Positions 18,085 to 26,661 of a stretch of DNA of 64,000 bases are shown here, in pieces (positions within the stretch are counted from its first letter, which is position 1; the number at the start of each line of letters is the position of its first letter). The DNA lies in NCBI GenBank assembly GCA_963727445.1, contig CAVSGI010000013.1:17316-81315 (forward strand). The letters are read 5' to 3'. This DNA comes from an uncultured delta proteobacterium. Lineage in GTDB: Bacteria; Myxococcota_A; Polyangia; Polyangiales; B10-G4. Both the position numbers and the translations under genes were made by a program. Under the pieces are notes generated by a model. That model was given only the letters and a program-made list of their open reading frames with translations, had not been told where the DNA came from and made no database searches.

Positions 18085-18125
18085 GTCGCCCCGCGCCGAC
18101 CCGGTCACGATCTCCCCCCGCCGCG
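18085..18125. repeat. Inverted copy of the transposon-flanking repeat (right end)
   Basis: Reverse-complement match to the 16488/16511 repeat units. Confidence 0.6.
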
Positions 18126-18138
18126 TCGCGCCTGTTGA

Positions 18139-19311
18139 CTACTGCGAAAACTTCCCGCTCTGGAACACGTGCCCCAGCAGCTGGTCGACGCGCGCCGTCC
18201 ACTCCTGCGCCGGCTGGGTGCCCATCGCCTGAAGCGCCGCCTTGATCTCGTTGAGCGCCTTCAAGTGACTGAAGAGCTGGATGTCGCTCATCGGCCGGTC
18301 GCTGGTCAGCAGACCCTTGATGCGGTTGATCTCGCTGATGAGCGCGTCCATCCCGACGTCGGCGGCGCCGAAGCGCCGCGCCTGCGGGTGCTCGCGGTAC
18401 CACGCTTCGAGCACCGGCCCCACGATCCCGTCCAGGATCTCCGCCTGGTCGAGGTTGTTCCACGTGTGGCGCAGCACGAAGAAGTCGCTCGGATCGGACT
18501 GCGCCCGCCCGTCGAGGAGCGCGCTCGCAGCGAAGAGCTTCAGCATCTTGATCGCGCGGCGGTCGGAGAAGCTCACGCCCTCGGAGCGGATCTGGAAGAT
18601 CAGCCCCTTGTAGCCCGCGAGGAACTCCTCGCTGAACTGCATCCTCTCGGCGAAGCCCGCGTGCAGCCCGTGCAGCTCCTGCGCCGTCAGCAGCGGCTGC
18701 AGCCGATCGTAGTTGCCGCTGATCTTCGACACCTCGTGCGCGATGCCCTTCAGCAGCAGATCGTGGAAGTGATAGCTGTCGAGGTTGTCCGAGTGCACGC
18801 GCAGCAGGAAGCGGTCGAAGACCGCCATCAGATCCTCGTCGTTCGGCACCTCGTTCGACGCCCCGAAGGCGCTGATCAGCGGCACGCGGAACGTCTTGCC
18901 GCCCACCGTGTAGAGCCGCTCGTTCAGCACGCTCAAGAGCGAGTTGAGGATCGCGCTGTTCGCCTTGAAGACCTCGTCCAGGAACGCGATCTCCGCCTGC
19001 GGCAGCATCCCGTCCATGCGCCGCTCGTACTGCCCCTCGCGGAACTTCTGGATGTCGATGGGACCGAAGAGCTCGTTCGGCTCCGTGAAGCGCGTCAGCA
19101 GATACTCGAAGTAGTTCGCCTGGACGAGCTTGGAGAAGAGCCGGACCAGCGCGCTCTTGGCCGTGCCGGGCGGGCCGATGAGCACCATGTGCTCGCCGGC
19201 GATGGCGGCGATCATCATCAGCCGCACCACCTCGCTCTTGCCGAGGAAGGTGCTCTCGAGCTGGCGAGCCACCTGCTGGAGCTTCTGGGCAGTCTGTGTC
19301 GGGTTGCTCAC
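18139..19311 (-). CDS. MoxR-family AAA+ ATPase, RavA-like
   Basis: Walker A 'LIGPPGTAKS', Walker B 'IAFLDEVFKA', and 'AILNSLLSVLNERLY...SNEVP'. Long colinear similarity to the E. coli RavA N-terminal AAA+ module (YERSHAIRL.../[57 protein letters not shown]). GTG start overlaps the upstream stop. Confidence 0.75.
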   Translation of the reverse strand: MSNPTQTAQKLQQVARQLESTFLGKSEVVRLMMIAAIAGEHMVLIGPPGTAKSALVRLFSKLVQANYFEYLLTRFTEPNELFGPIDIQKFREGQYERRMDGMLPQAEIAFLDEVFKANSAILNSLLSVLNERLYTVGGKTFRVPLISAFGASNEVPNDEDLMAVFDRFLLRVHSDNLDSYHFHDLLLKGIAHEVSKISGNYDRLQPLLTAQELHGLHAGFAERMQFSEEFLAGYKGLIFQIRSEGVSFSDRRAIKMLKLFAASALLDGRAQSDPSDFFVLRHTWNNLDQAEILDGIVGPVLEAWYREHPQARRFGAADVGMDALISEINRIKGLLTSDRPMSDIQLFSHLKALNEIKAALQAMGTQPAQEWTARVDQLLGHVFQSGKFSQ

Positions 19312-20462
19312 GGGTGTACCTCGGGGGTCAGTCCATCTCGTTCGTGGTCGAGGCGTGGCGGCTCAGCGTAGTCTACGAGCGCGACGGCGCGCCCAGAGGC
19401 CTCGGACCCGGCCATCGAGTCGAGCTCCCCCGCACGCTTGCGTAACACCAACAGGTCGTCGGGGTCGAGGTCGAGGAGCGCACCGAGGTCGTCGGGCGCC
19501 CCCACCATGGCCGGAAGAACCGCGACGAAGAGGCGCCCGGCCTCGTCGGCTGGACGCCCGAAGACAGGCTCTTTGCCCGCACGCGCGTCGAGAACCGCGA
19601 TCACGTGCGCCTCGTAGATCAGCGCGAGGAGATAGAAGAGGAGGCGCGGTGGCGGCCGCTGAGCGGCGAGGGTCCCGAGCGCCTGGCCGAGGGGCGACAT
19701 CACGGAGGGACCCTGCGACACCAGGTTCCGGGCGATGCCGTTGCGGACCAGATCGTCCGAGAGGACGGCGAGCGCCGCCAGCCCGACGGTGGGCGTGCCG
19801 AATAGATCGGTGTGCAGGATCTCGGTGACCGGCGAGCGATGCACCAGCTCACGCACGCGCCGGCTGATCGACAGCTCGGCGTCGAGCTCTTCGAAGAGGG
19901 CGAGGATGCCGTGCTCGGACTTGTCCTGGCGCACCATCCTCAGGCGCGGCATCGCCACCACGCGCGGCGGCACCGGGCGACCGAAGAAGCGATAGGTGTA
20001 GGCCCAGTTCTTCACCACCACGTCGGTGCGCGACATGGTGACGAAGCGCGACAAGAAGACGTGGCGCGCCAGCGCCTCGCCGCGAGTGGAGGGCGCGCCC
20101 GCCGCGTCGATGAGCCAGTCGGCGTAATCGAGCGCCTTCTTGCGCGCGCCGCGCGAGAACATCCGGTCGAGCTTCGGATCGGTCACGGCGACGAGGTTGT
20201 GCGCCGCCATCACCAGCGCCATCACGCCGCGCTCGGGCCACACCAACGCGCGAAGCGGGGCTATCTCGGACGCCTCGGCGTGCATCAGGTCGTAGATCTC
20301 GCGGTCGATGGTGGCGTCGGCGCTCGACGCCAGGCTGAAGTGCTCGAGCATGCCCGGCGTGAGCGGCTGCCCAGCGACCGCCGCGCCGCCCGCCAGGAGC
20401 GGATGGAGGAAGTCGGCGGCGAAGGAGTCGAAGCGCGCCTGCATCTTGGTGGCGTCGCTCAT
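19308..20462 (-). CDS. Hypothetical protein, middle gene of the RavA-like operon
   Basis: 384-aa ORF of non-shadow composition. Stop overlaps the RavA-like GTG. Start overlaps the upstream gene stop (20459-20462). No recognisable motifs. Confidence 0.55.
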   Translation of the reverse strand: MSDATKMQARFDSFAADFLHPLLAGGAAVAGQPLTPGMLEHFSLASSADATIDREIYDLMHAEASEIAPLRALVWPERGVMALVMAAHNLVAVTDPKLDRMFSRGARKKALDYADWLIDAAGAPSTRGEALARHVFLSRFVTMSRTDVVVKNWAYTYRFFGRPVPPRVVAMPRLRMVRQDKSEHGILALFEELDAELSISRRVRELVHRSPVTEILHTDLFGTPTVGLAALAVLSDDLVRNGIARNLVSQGPSVMSPLGQALGTLAAQRPPPRLLFYLLALIYEAHVIAVLDARAGKEPVFGRPADEAGRLFVAVLPAMVGAPDDLGALLDLDPDDLLVLRKRAGELDSMAGSEASGRAVALVDYAEPPRLDHERDGLTPEVHP

Positions 20463-21901
20463 CCCTCTTCTTCCTCTGCCTCCGCGTCCGGTAGCTTCTT
20501 CCCCGGAACACCCCAGAGCGGAAAGCGGCGCGCGTCGTCGTACTGCAGCAGCGGCAACGGCGGCTCGGTGTTGTCGGGACGGTCGGCGCTCACCGGTGCC
20601 GCGCCGACCTCGCGCAGCGCGCGCCGCGAGATGGGCCCGAAGGCCGTCGCCGGGATGACGATGGGCGTCGAGCGACCAGGCTCGAAGTACACGTGACCGT
20701 CGCCGCGATCGCGCACCAGCTCCTCGAGCACCGCCGACGCCACCGCCGGCACCAGCGTCAGGCCCGCGGGGACGTAGATGCGCTCCGCGACTTCACAGTA
20801 GTAGACGCCGAGGGGCACGCCCTCGATGCCCGAGCGGTCGATCAGGTAGATGCGATCCTCACCGATCGCCATCCGGAGCGCCGCGAGGGTGTTGGGCGGC
20901 AGCGCATAGAGCAGGCGGCTGAGCCACTCGCGCTGATCGCCGGGGATGACCGCGCTCACCACGTTGCGCCAGGGCTCGCTGCTCGGCGCGAGGCGCAGCG
21001 GCAGGGACATCGACAGGTCGACGTCCTTCGGTGTGGCGGGCCCGGCCTTCTTGCCCTTCTCGAGGCTGAGGTCGGTCCGCACCAGCGAGCGCACGGGCGC
21101 GAAGGGGGGCAGCGGATCGACCAGCTCCACCTCGCCGTCGCCCCGGAAGAGATAGAGCTTGCCCTTGTCGAAGAGGGACGCGCAGGACTCGAGGCTGATC
21201 GGATGCCGAAAGCCCAGCTCGACCGCGAAGGTCTCGCCGAGCGGCGCGAAGACGTGGACCCCGGGGATCGCCTGCATCAGAGCGACGACCCGCGCCGGCG
21301 CGCCCGCGATGTCGAAGACGTAGAGACGACGGGGCGCGTCGGAGAAGGCGGACTGGCTCGGCCACTCGGCGAGGGCCGCGCGCGCCGTGACGCGCCAGCG
21401 GAAGAGATAGCCGACGAGGGCACCCCCGATGCCGACCTCGGCGGTGGCGAAGAGGCGGTCCGGGATGGGGTCGCCGCCCGGCGGCACGCGATGGGGGGTG
21501 AGCTTGAGGACGAGATCGCGGAAGGAGATCTCGCGCTCGTAGGCATACGCCTGCTGAAAGCTGTCGTGATAGAGGACGAGGTCTGCGGCTTCGTCGAGGA
21601 GCTCGGCCACGTCGTAGCCGAGGGGCGAGGCCGGATCGCGGTACTTCACGAAATGGCGCGAGGTGCCGGTGAAGACCAGGCCGCCAGCGAGCTTCGCCAC
21701 GCCCGCGATGCGGTCCATGCGATAGCTCGACTCCGCCTGGACCGAGAGCATGATCTCGCGGGTCTTCAGGGACGTGACCAGGCGACGGATCTCGAGGGAG
21801 GGCAGGAGCTCGTCGAGGGAGCCCTCGTCTCCATAGGCCCGGAGGAAGGCGACCAGCCGGTCCAGGGAGGGAAAGAGCACGACGCCGCGCTGTCCCAGCA
21901 C
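20459..21901 (-). CDS. Hypothetical protein, first gene of the RavA-like operon; start uncertain
   Basis: The ORF-track N-terminus (21905-22504) is antisense shadow of the + gene at 22073. Protein-like sequence starts around 'VVLFPSLDRLVAFLRAYGDEGSLDELL'. A candidate GTG at 21901 is preceded by GAGG. Alternative ATG at 21751. Confidence 0.45.
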   Translation of the reverse strand: MLGQRGVVLFPSLDRLVAFLRAYGDEGSLDELLPSLEIRRLVTSLKTREIMLSVQAESSYRMDRIAGVAKLAGGLVFTGTSRHFVKYRDPASPLGYDVAELLDEAADLVLYHDSFQQAYAYEREISFRDLVLKLTPHRVPPGGDPIPDRLFATAEVGIGGALVGYLFRWRVTARAALAEWPSQSAFSDAPRRLYVFDIAGAPARVVALMQAIPGVHVFAPLGETFAVELGFRHPISLESCASLFDKGKLYLFRGDGEVELVDPLPPFAPVRSLVRTDLSLEKGKKAGPATPKDVDLSMSLPLRLAPSSEPWRNVVSAVIPGDQREWLSRLLYALPPNTLAALRMAIGEDRIYLIDRSGIEGVPLGVYYCEVAERIYVPAGLTLVPAVASAVLEELVRDRGDGHVYFEPGRSTPIVIPATAFGPISRRALREVGAAPVSADRPDNTEPPLPLLQYDDARRFPLWGVPGKKLPDAEAEEEEG

Positions 21902-22072
21902 GACGCCTCGCGCGTCGGGAGAAACCCCGGGGGTGCGAAACCGCGTCTGATGCAATGCGGCGCGTTCCAGCACGGGGGGCGAAGGTACCACCGCCCCCCT
22001 TTCTCCGGAAAGCACCACCGCGGGCCAGGCCCCCTTTCCCACTCTTTGTTCATGTGTTTGAGTTCGGGGCGA
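21902..22072. promoter_or_regulatory. Divergent intergenic region between the RavA-like operon and the 22073 secreted-protein operon
   Basis: A non-coding gap of ~170 bp between divergently oriented first genes. No consensus promoter was identified by eye. Confidence 0.3.
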
Positions 22073-22603
22073 ATGCGTTGTCCGGTGGCGATTCTGGTGG
22101 TGTTGAGCGCGCTTTTCCTCTGGGTCCAGGGGCCGCGCGTCGCCCTCGCACAAGAGGACCACGCTCCGGATACGAATCGAGCGCTCGGCCGCGATCGGGC
22201 CGGCCGGCCGTCGCCGGAGATGGTGCGTGAGCGACTGAGAGCGCTGACGAACGAAGCGCGGGCCGAAGAGCTGGCTGGCGAAACCCTCGAGCACGCGCGC
22301 AACGCGCTCGAGCGCGCTGAGACGCTGCACGAGGCGGGGCAGCTGCCGGCGGCGGAGCGGGCGCGCCAGATCGCCTGGGCCGCGCTCACGCTCGCGTCGC
22401 GACAGATCGCGCGGGCCCGCGAACGCGAGGCGCTGGCTCGAGCGCGGCGCCGGCTCGCCGCCGCCGAGTCCCGCGCCGCTCGCTCGCTCGCTGCGCTCGA
22501 GCATGCGATGCGAGAGCGGGCACGCGCGGTCGCCGCCGAAGGTGAGCCGGTAGAGGAGACTGTGGTGGGCGAGCCCACGGAGAACGAGGACGACAGCGAA
22601 TGA
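22073..22603 (+). CDS. Secreted coiled-coil protein
   Basis: MRCPVAILVVLSALFLWVQGPRVALAQE signal peptide. Ala/Arg/Glu-rich heptad-like remainder. ATGA overlap with the next gene. Confidence 0.55.
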   Translation: MRCPVAILVVLSALFLWVQGPRVALAQEDHAPDTNRALGRDRAGRPSPEMVRERLRALTNEARAEELAGETLEHARNALERAETLHEAGQLPAAERARQIAWAALTLASRQIARAREREALARARRRLAAAESRAARSLAALEHAMRERARAVAAEGEPVEETVVGEPTENEDDSE

Positions 22604-23706
22604 GGCGCGCTCTCTCGCTCCTCGCCCTCTTCCTCCTGCCTTCGGTGGCGTGCTCGGGCGCGCGCCCGGCGCCCTCCTCGCTCCTGGACGATCGCTTCGA
22701 CACGCCCGAAGCCGAGCAGGCCCGCGAAGCGGCGCCCGACCTCTACGCCGCCGCCAACCGAGCGCGCATCGCGGCCGAGCACGCCGAAGAGGCGGGACGA
22801 CGCGAGGTGGCCGAAGATCATTCGACGCGCGCGCGCTTGCTCCTGGACGCGGCGATCGCCGAGGCAGAGCGCCTGGCGCTCGAGGAGGAGCGGCTCAGGG
22901 TCGAGGCGCGGGAGGCCGAGACGGAGCTGGCGCATGGCCGCGCGGTGGAGCAGCGTGAGGAGATCCTCGGCGAGGTGCGGAGGATCGAGGCGTCGCGCGT
23001 CGCCGCGGCCGAATCCTCTGCCGCCTTCGAGCGCGCCACCGAGGACGAAGCGCACCGCTTTCCGGCGTCCGACGAGCGCACCGCGCTTCATCGCGAAGCC
23101 GCTCAGGTGCTGGCGCATCGCGCCGAGCTGCTCGCCGCCGCGGCGCAGGCGGAGGGGGCGGAGGCGGAGCGTATCGCGTCGGTCTCGGAGCTCCTCGAGC
23201 GCGCCGATGCCGCGAATGACGTCGCGCAGAAGCTCCAGCTCACCGAGCGCGCGGTGCGGGACGCGCTGCGCGCCCTCGGCGAGGCGCGCCGAGGGCGACC
23301 CGGGCCGTCGACGGACGAGCGCGCGGCGTTGATCGAAGAGGCGTCTCAGATCGGCTTCTCGGTGGAGCAGAGCGACCGTGGACTGACGGTGGTCGTGCCG
23401 GAGGTCTTCCGCGGAAACGTTGCGGCGCCCACCGGCGGAGGGCGGCGGAAGATGTCGCAGCTGGCCGCGCTGATTCAGGCGCACCCGCATGGCGCCGTGC
23501 AGATCCAGGCGCATGGCGCGGGGAGCGCGTCGGCGCGGCACCGCACGAGCACCGCGCGCGCCGAATGGGCGGCGCGGGTGCTCGAGGGCGAGGGTGTCCC
23601 GGACGAACGGCTGACGCCGGCTGGGGTGGTCGACGACGCCGCCGATCCCGGCGTCGCCGACGCGGTCGAAGCGACCTTTCTCGCGTACATCCCCAGCGAG
23701 GGTTGA
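22600..23706 (+). CDS. Lipoprotein with a coiled-coil region and an OmpA/MotB-like C-terminal domain
   Basis: MRRALSLLALFLLPSVACSG lipobox. C-terminus 'GLTVVVPEVFRGNVAAPTGGGRRKMSQLAALIQAHPHGAVQIQAHGAGS...ARAEWAARVLEGEGVPDERL' follows the OmpA-like pattern. Confidence 0.6.
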   Translation: MRRALSLLALFLLPSVACSGARPAPSSLLDDRFDTPEAEQAREAAPDLYAAANRARIAAEHAEEAGRREVAEDHSTRARLLLDAAIAEAERLALEEERLRVEAREAETELAHGRAVEQREEILGEVRRIEASRVAAAESSAAFERATEDEAHRFPASDERTALHREAAQVLAHRAELLAAAAQAEGAEAERIASVSELLERADAANDVAQKLQLTERAVRDALRALGEARRGRPGPSTDERAALIEEASQIGFSVEQSDRGLTVVVPEVFRGNVAAPTGGGRRKMSQLAALIQAHPHGAVQIQAHGAGSASARHRTSTARAEWAARVLEGEGVPDERLTPAGVVDDAADPGVADAVEATFLAYIPSEG

Positions 23707-23708
23707 CG

Positions 23709-24116
23709 ATGGCGTATCGCGACGACGCGCGAAACGATGGCGGCCGCCTGATCGTCGCCATGAACGGAGAGATCGCGGCGCTCGACCGGGCGAGCGGGGA
23801 GGAGCTGTGGCGCGCGGCGATCCACGGCGCGGGCCTCGGCCGCGTGACGCTTCTGTCGAGCGACGGCGTGGTGTACGCGGCGTCGGAGGAGGAGCGCCTG
23901 GTCTGCCTCGACGCGGCGACGGGCGAGAAGCGCTGGGAGCGCATCACGACGGCGTACGGGCGCGCGACGCTGGCGATTCGGGGCGATGCGCTCTACGTGG
24001 CGCGCGGCTCGCACCTCGAATGCCTCGACCGGCGCACCGGGAACGTGCGTTGGACGAAGAACGTGCGAGGCATGGGCAAGGGCGTCGCCTCGCTCTCGAT
24101 GCTGGACGACGAGTAG
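23709..24116 (+). CDS. Small PQQ-like β-propeller repeat protein
   Basis: Three 'aLDaxtGexxW' repeats (ALDRASGEELWR, CLDAATGEKRWE, CLDRRTGNVRWT). Lies 2 nt after the previous stop. Confidence 0.55.
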   Translation: MAYRDDARNDGGRLIVAMNGEIAALDRASGEELWRAAIHGAGLGRVTLLSSDGVVYAASEEERLVCLDAATGEKRWERITTAYGRATLAIRGDALYVARGSHLECLDRRTGNVRWTKNVRGMGKGVASLSMLDDE

Positions 24117-24160
24117 GCGCCTCCCGAGCGCCTCGGCGCCATGGCTGGTAGGATGGGGCC

Positions 24161-25609
24161 ATGCTCGACTTGGCTCACCTCCCCATCCTGCTCGCGCTCG
24201 TCGCCGTCATCGGCTGCAGTGACGACAGCCGCCCGCGTGGCGACAGCTCGGTCACCCTCGACAGCGGTGTGGTGATGGACAGCGCGATGGACGCACCCGC
24301 CGACACCGCGATCTCGATGGACACCGGGCCCGCGCCGGTGCCGGACGGCTGCGTCGCAGGCCCGGAGTCGTGCAACGGCGCCGACGACGACTGTGACGGA
24401 TTCACCGACGAGGGAACCGGCGCCGAGGTCCTCTGCGGCGAGGGTGAGACGTGCGTCGGTGGCACCTGCACCTGCCCCTCCGGGAGCATGTGCGGCGGGA
24501 GCTGCGTCGATCTCACGACCGATCGCGACAACTGCGGCAGCTGCGGCGTCGCCTGTCCCGCTGGCCAGGTCTGCGGCCTGATCGGCTGCTGCGATCCCGG
24601 CGTCGACGCCGTGGACCTGCTCTTCATGGTCGACAACTCGAACTCGATGACCGAGGAGCAGACGTCCCTCGCCGCCGCGTTCCCCACGCTGATCACCGCG
24701 CTGACGACGGGTGACCTGAACGGCGACGGCACCCCCGACTTCCCTGCGGTGAACGATCTGCACGTGGGCGTGGTGACCGCCGACATGGGTGTGGGTGGCT
24801 ATACGGTCCCAACCTGCAGCGCAGCCGACTTCGGCGACGACGGCATTCTCCGGACCGTGGGCAACACCAGCCTCCCCGGGTGCATGGCCACCTACCCGTC
24901 CTTCCTCTCCTTTGGCGTCGGAACGGACGTCACGGCCTTCGCCGAGGACTTCGCCTGCGTCGCCGTGGTGGGCACCGGCGGCTGCGGCTTCGAGCAGCAG
25001 CTCGAGGCGACGCTCAAGGCCGTCACCCCCTCCACCTCACCGATCCGCTTCGTCGAGGACACCACCGGTCACGCCGACGACACCAACGCCGGCTTCCTCC
25101 GACCCGACTCGGTCCTCGGGCTCGTCGTCGTCACCGACGAAGAGGACTGCTCTGCGGCGGACCCCGACATCTTCAACCCGACGAGCACCACCTACACCGG
25201 CGACCTGAACCTGCGCTGCTTCCACTACCCGGACGCCGTCCACCCGGTCGGACGCTACGTCTCCGGCCTGCTGGACGCCCGCGCACGAAGCGGCGACGTG
25301 GTCTTCACCGCGATCGCCGGGATCCCGACCGAGGTGGCGGGTGACGACTTCGCCGCCATGCTCGCGCACCCCGACATGGTCGAGCGGATCGACCCCAGCA
25401 TGCCCACCCGCCTGACGCCGAGCTGCAACGTCGCGGGCCGAGGACTGGCCTTCCCGCCGCGCCGCATCGTGACCGTGGCGCAGGAGATGGCGCGCCGCGG
25501 ATCGGTCGCCACCGTTCAGTCCATCTGTCAGGCCGACTTCGGCGGCGCGATTCGAGCGATCGCCGAGCGCGTCGGCGCGGTGGTCGGCGTGAGCTGCGGC
25601 CCGGACTGA
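24161..25609 (+). CDS. Lipoprotein with an acidic Cys metal-binding-like motif, myxobacterial Cys-rich repeats and a VWA-like domain
   Basis: Lipobox ILLALVAVIGCSDD. 'CNGADDDCDGFTDEG', 'CTCPSGSMCGGSCVDLTTDRDNCGSCGVACPAGQVC'. MIDAS-like 'LLFMVDNSNSMTEEQ'. Confidence 0.65.
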   Translation: MLDLAHLPILLALVAVIGCSDDSRPRGDSSVTLDSGVVMDSAMDAPADTAISMDTGPAPVPDGCVAGPESCNGADDDCDGFTDEGTGAEVLCGEGETCVGGTCTCPSGSMCGGSCVDLTTDRDNCGSCGVACPAGQVCGLIGCCDPGVDAVDLLFMVDNSNSMTEEQTSLAAAFPTLITALTTGDLNGDGTPDFPAVNDLHVGVVTADMGVGGYTVPTCSAADFGDDGILRTVGNTSLPGCMATYPSFLSFGVGTDVTAFAEDFACVAVVGTGGCGFEQQLEATLKAVTPSTSPIRFVEDTTGHADDTNAGFLRPDSVLGLVVVTDEEDCSAADPDIFNPTSTTYTGDLNLRCFHYPDAVHPVGRYVSGLLDARARSGDVVFTAIAGIPTEVAGDDFAAMLAHPDMVERIDPSMPTRLTPSCNVAGRGLAFPPRRIVTVAQEMARRGSVATVQSICQADFGGAIRAIAERVGAVVGVSCGPD

Positions 25610-25640
25610 GCGACGGCGCGCGTCCGCTCGGCCGGGCGCC

Positions 25641-26510
25641 TCAACCGAAGTAGATCACGATCAAGACCGCCAGCACGTAGCCGATGGCGTTCAAGATGAA
25701 GATCCTGTCTCGCAGCATGTCTTCGGTCGGGCTCTCGGCCGTGTGCTGGCGCCGGACGAGGTGCATGAAGCGGAAGACGCCGACGAGCGGCATGAACGAG
25801 GTCACGGCGAGGTAGTCCGTACCGAAGGCGTGTCGCGTCGCCGGGTCGAGGGTGTAGACGACGTAGGTGGCGACCGCGGCGATCCCCGTGCCGTAGAGCA
25901 GCGCGTTCAGCGTCTTCTCGCCATACTGGGTGAGAACCGAGCGCTGCTTCTCGGCTTCCTTGCCCTGCAAGAGCTCGTGCATGCGCTTGCCGAAGCCGAG
26001 GAACGACGCGAGGAGGAAGGTCGCGATCAGGAGGTAGTGACTGGGCGGTACGTCGGCGGCGTAGGCGCCGCTGAGCACGCGGAGCTCGAAGCCGGTCGTG
26101 ATGCACAGGACGTCGATGTAGGCGATGTTCTTCAGGTGGACGGAGTAGAGGAGGTTGAGCAGGAGGTAGCCGCCCACGCAGCCGGCGAAGTAGGGCGAGA
26201 GCCAGAACCCCAGGACGAGGGCGGTCAGCGCGAGGGCGAAGGCCGCGCTCCGCGCCACGGGCTCGGAGAGCTGGCCGCTGGCGATGGGCCGGTTCTTCTT
26301 CACCGGGTGTGCCCGGTCCGCTTCGACGTCCTTCAGATCGTTGAAGATGTAGACCGCGCTCGAGGTCAGACAGAAGAGGGCCATGCCGGCGAGCGCCGAC
26401 AGAGCGCGCTCCAGGTGCAGGAGCTCCTGCGCAAAGACCATGGGCGCCAGAACGAAAATGTTCTTCACCCATTGGTGAGGCCGCATCGCCCGCAGAAGCC
26501 CCGCCATCAT
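25641..26510 (-). CDS. UbiA-family prenyltransferase, decaprenyl-phosphate phosphoribosyltransferase-like
   Basis: N-terminal 'RPHQWVKNIFVLAPMVF', multiple TM helices, conserved 'NDLKDVEADR' Asp-rich motif. Confidence 0.65.
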   Translation of the reverse strand: MMAGLLRAMRPHQWVKNIFVLAPMVFAQELLHLERALSALAGMALFCLTSSAVYIFNDLKDVEADRAHPVKKNRPIASGQLSEPVARSAAFALALTALVLGFWLSPYFAGCVGGYLLLNLLYSVHLKNIAYIDVLCITTGFELRVLSGAYAADVPPSHYLLIATFLLASFLGFGKRMHELLQGKEAEKQRSVLTQYGEKTLNALLYGTGIAAVATYVVYTLDPATRHAFGTDYLAVTSFMPLVGVFRFMHLVRRQHTAESPTEDMLRDRIFILNAIGYVLAVLIVIYFG

Positions 26511-26661
26511 GGCGGGGCACTATACACGCTCCGCCGCCGCTTGGCTGGCTGGGCTCGTGGGGCCTTCGGCGAGGGGACGGAACAACTCACATCCTCCAGT
26601 TGTCGGGCACTTACGCGCCTTTCCGAAACGGTTTAGGCTCCGAGCCCCGAAAGTGCGAAAC

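Larger units (their letters stand above)
16457..18125 (-). mobile_element. HUH (Y1) transposase element, IS200/IS605- or RAYT-like, with repeat-containing ends
   Basis: Transposase ORF with an HUH motif. Left flank is direct repeats plus a hairpin. An inverted copy of the repeat sits at 18085-18125 (ccgacccggtcacgatctccccccgccgcgtcgcg = revcomp of ggggagatcgtgaccgggtcgg). It is inserted between a lipoprotein gene and the RavA-like operon. Confidence 0.6.

Noticed and set aside
21751-21753. Use the ORF-track Met at 22504 as the start of the first RavA-like-operon gene
   Set aside because: Its first ~200 residues are shadow-like and overlap, in antisense, the + strand secreted-protein gene starting at 22073. 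An internal GTG at 21901 or ATG at 21751 fits better.
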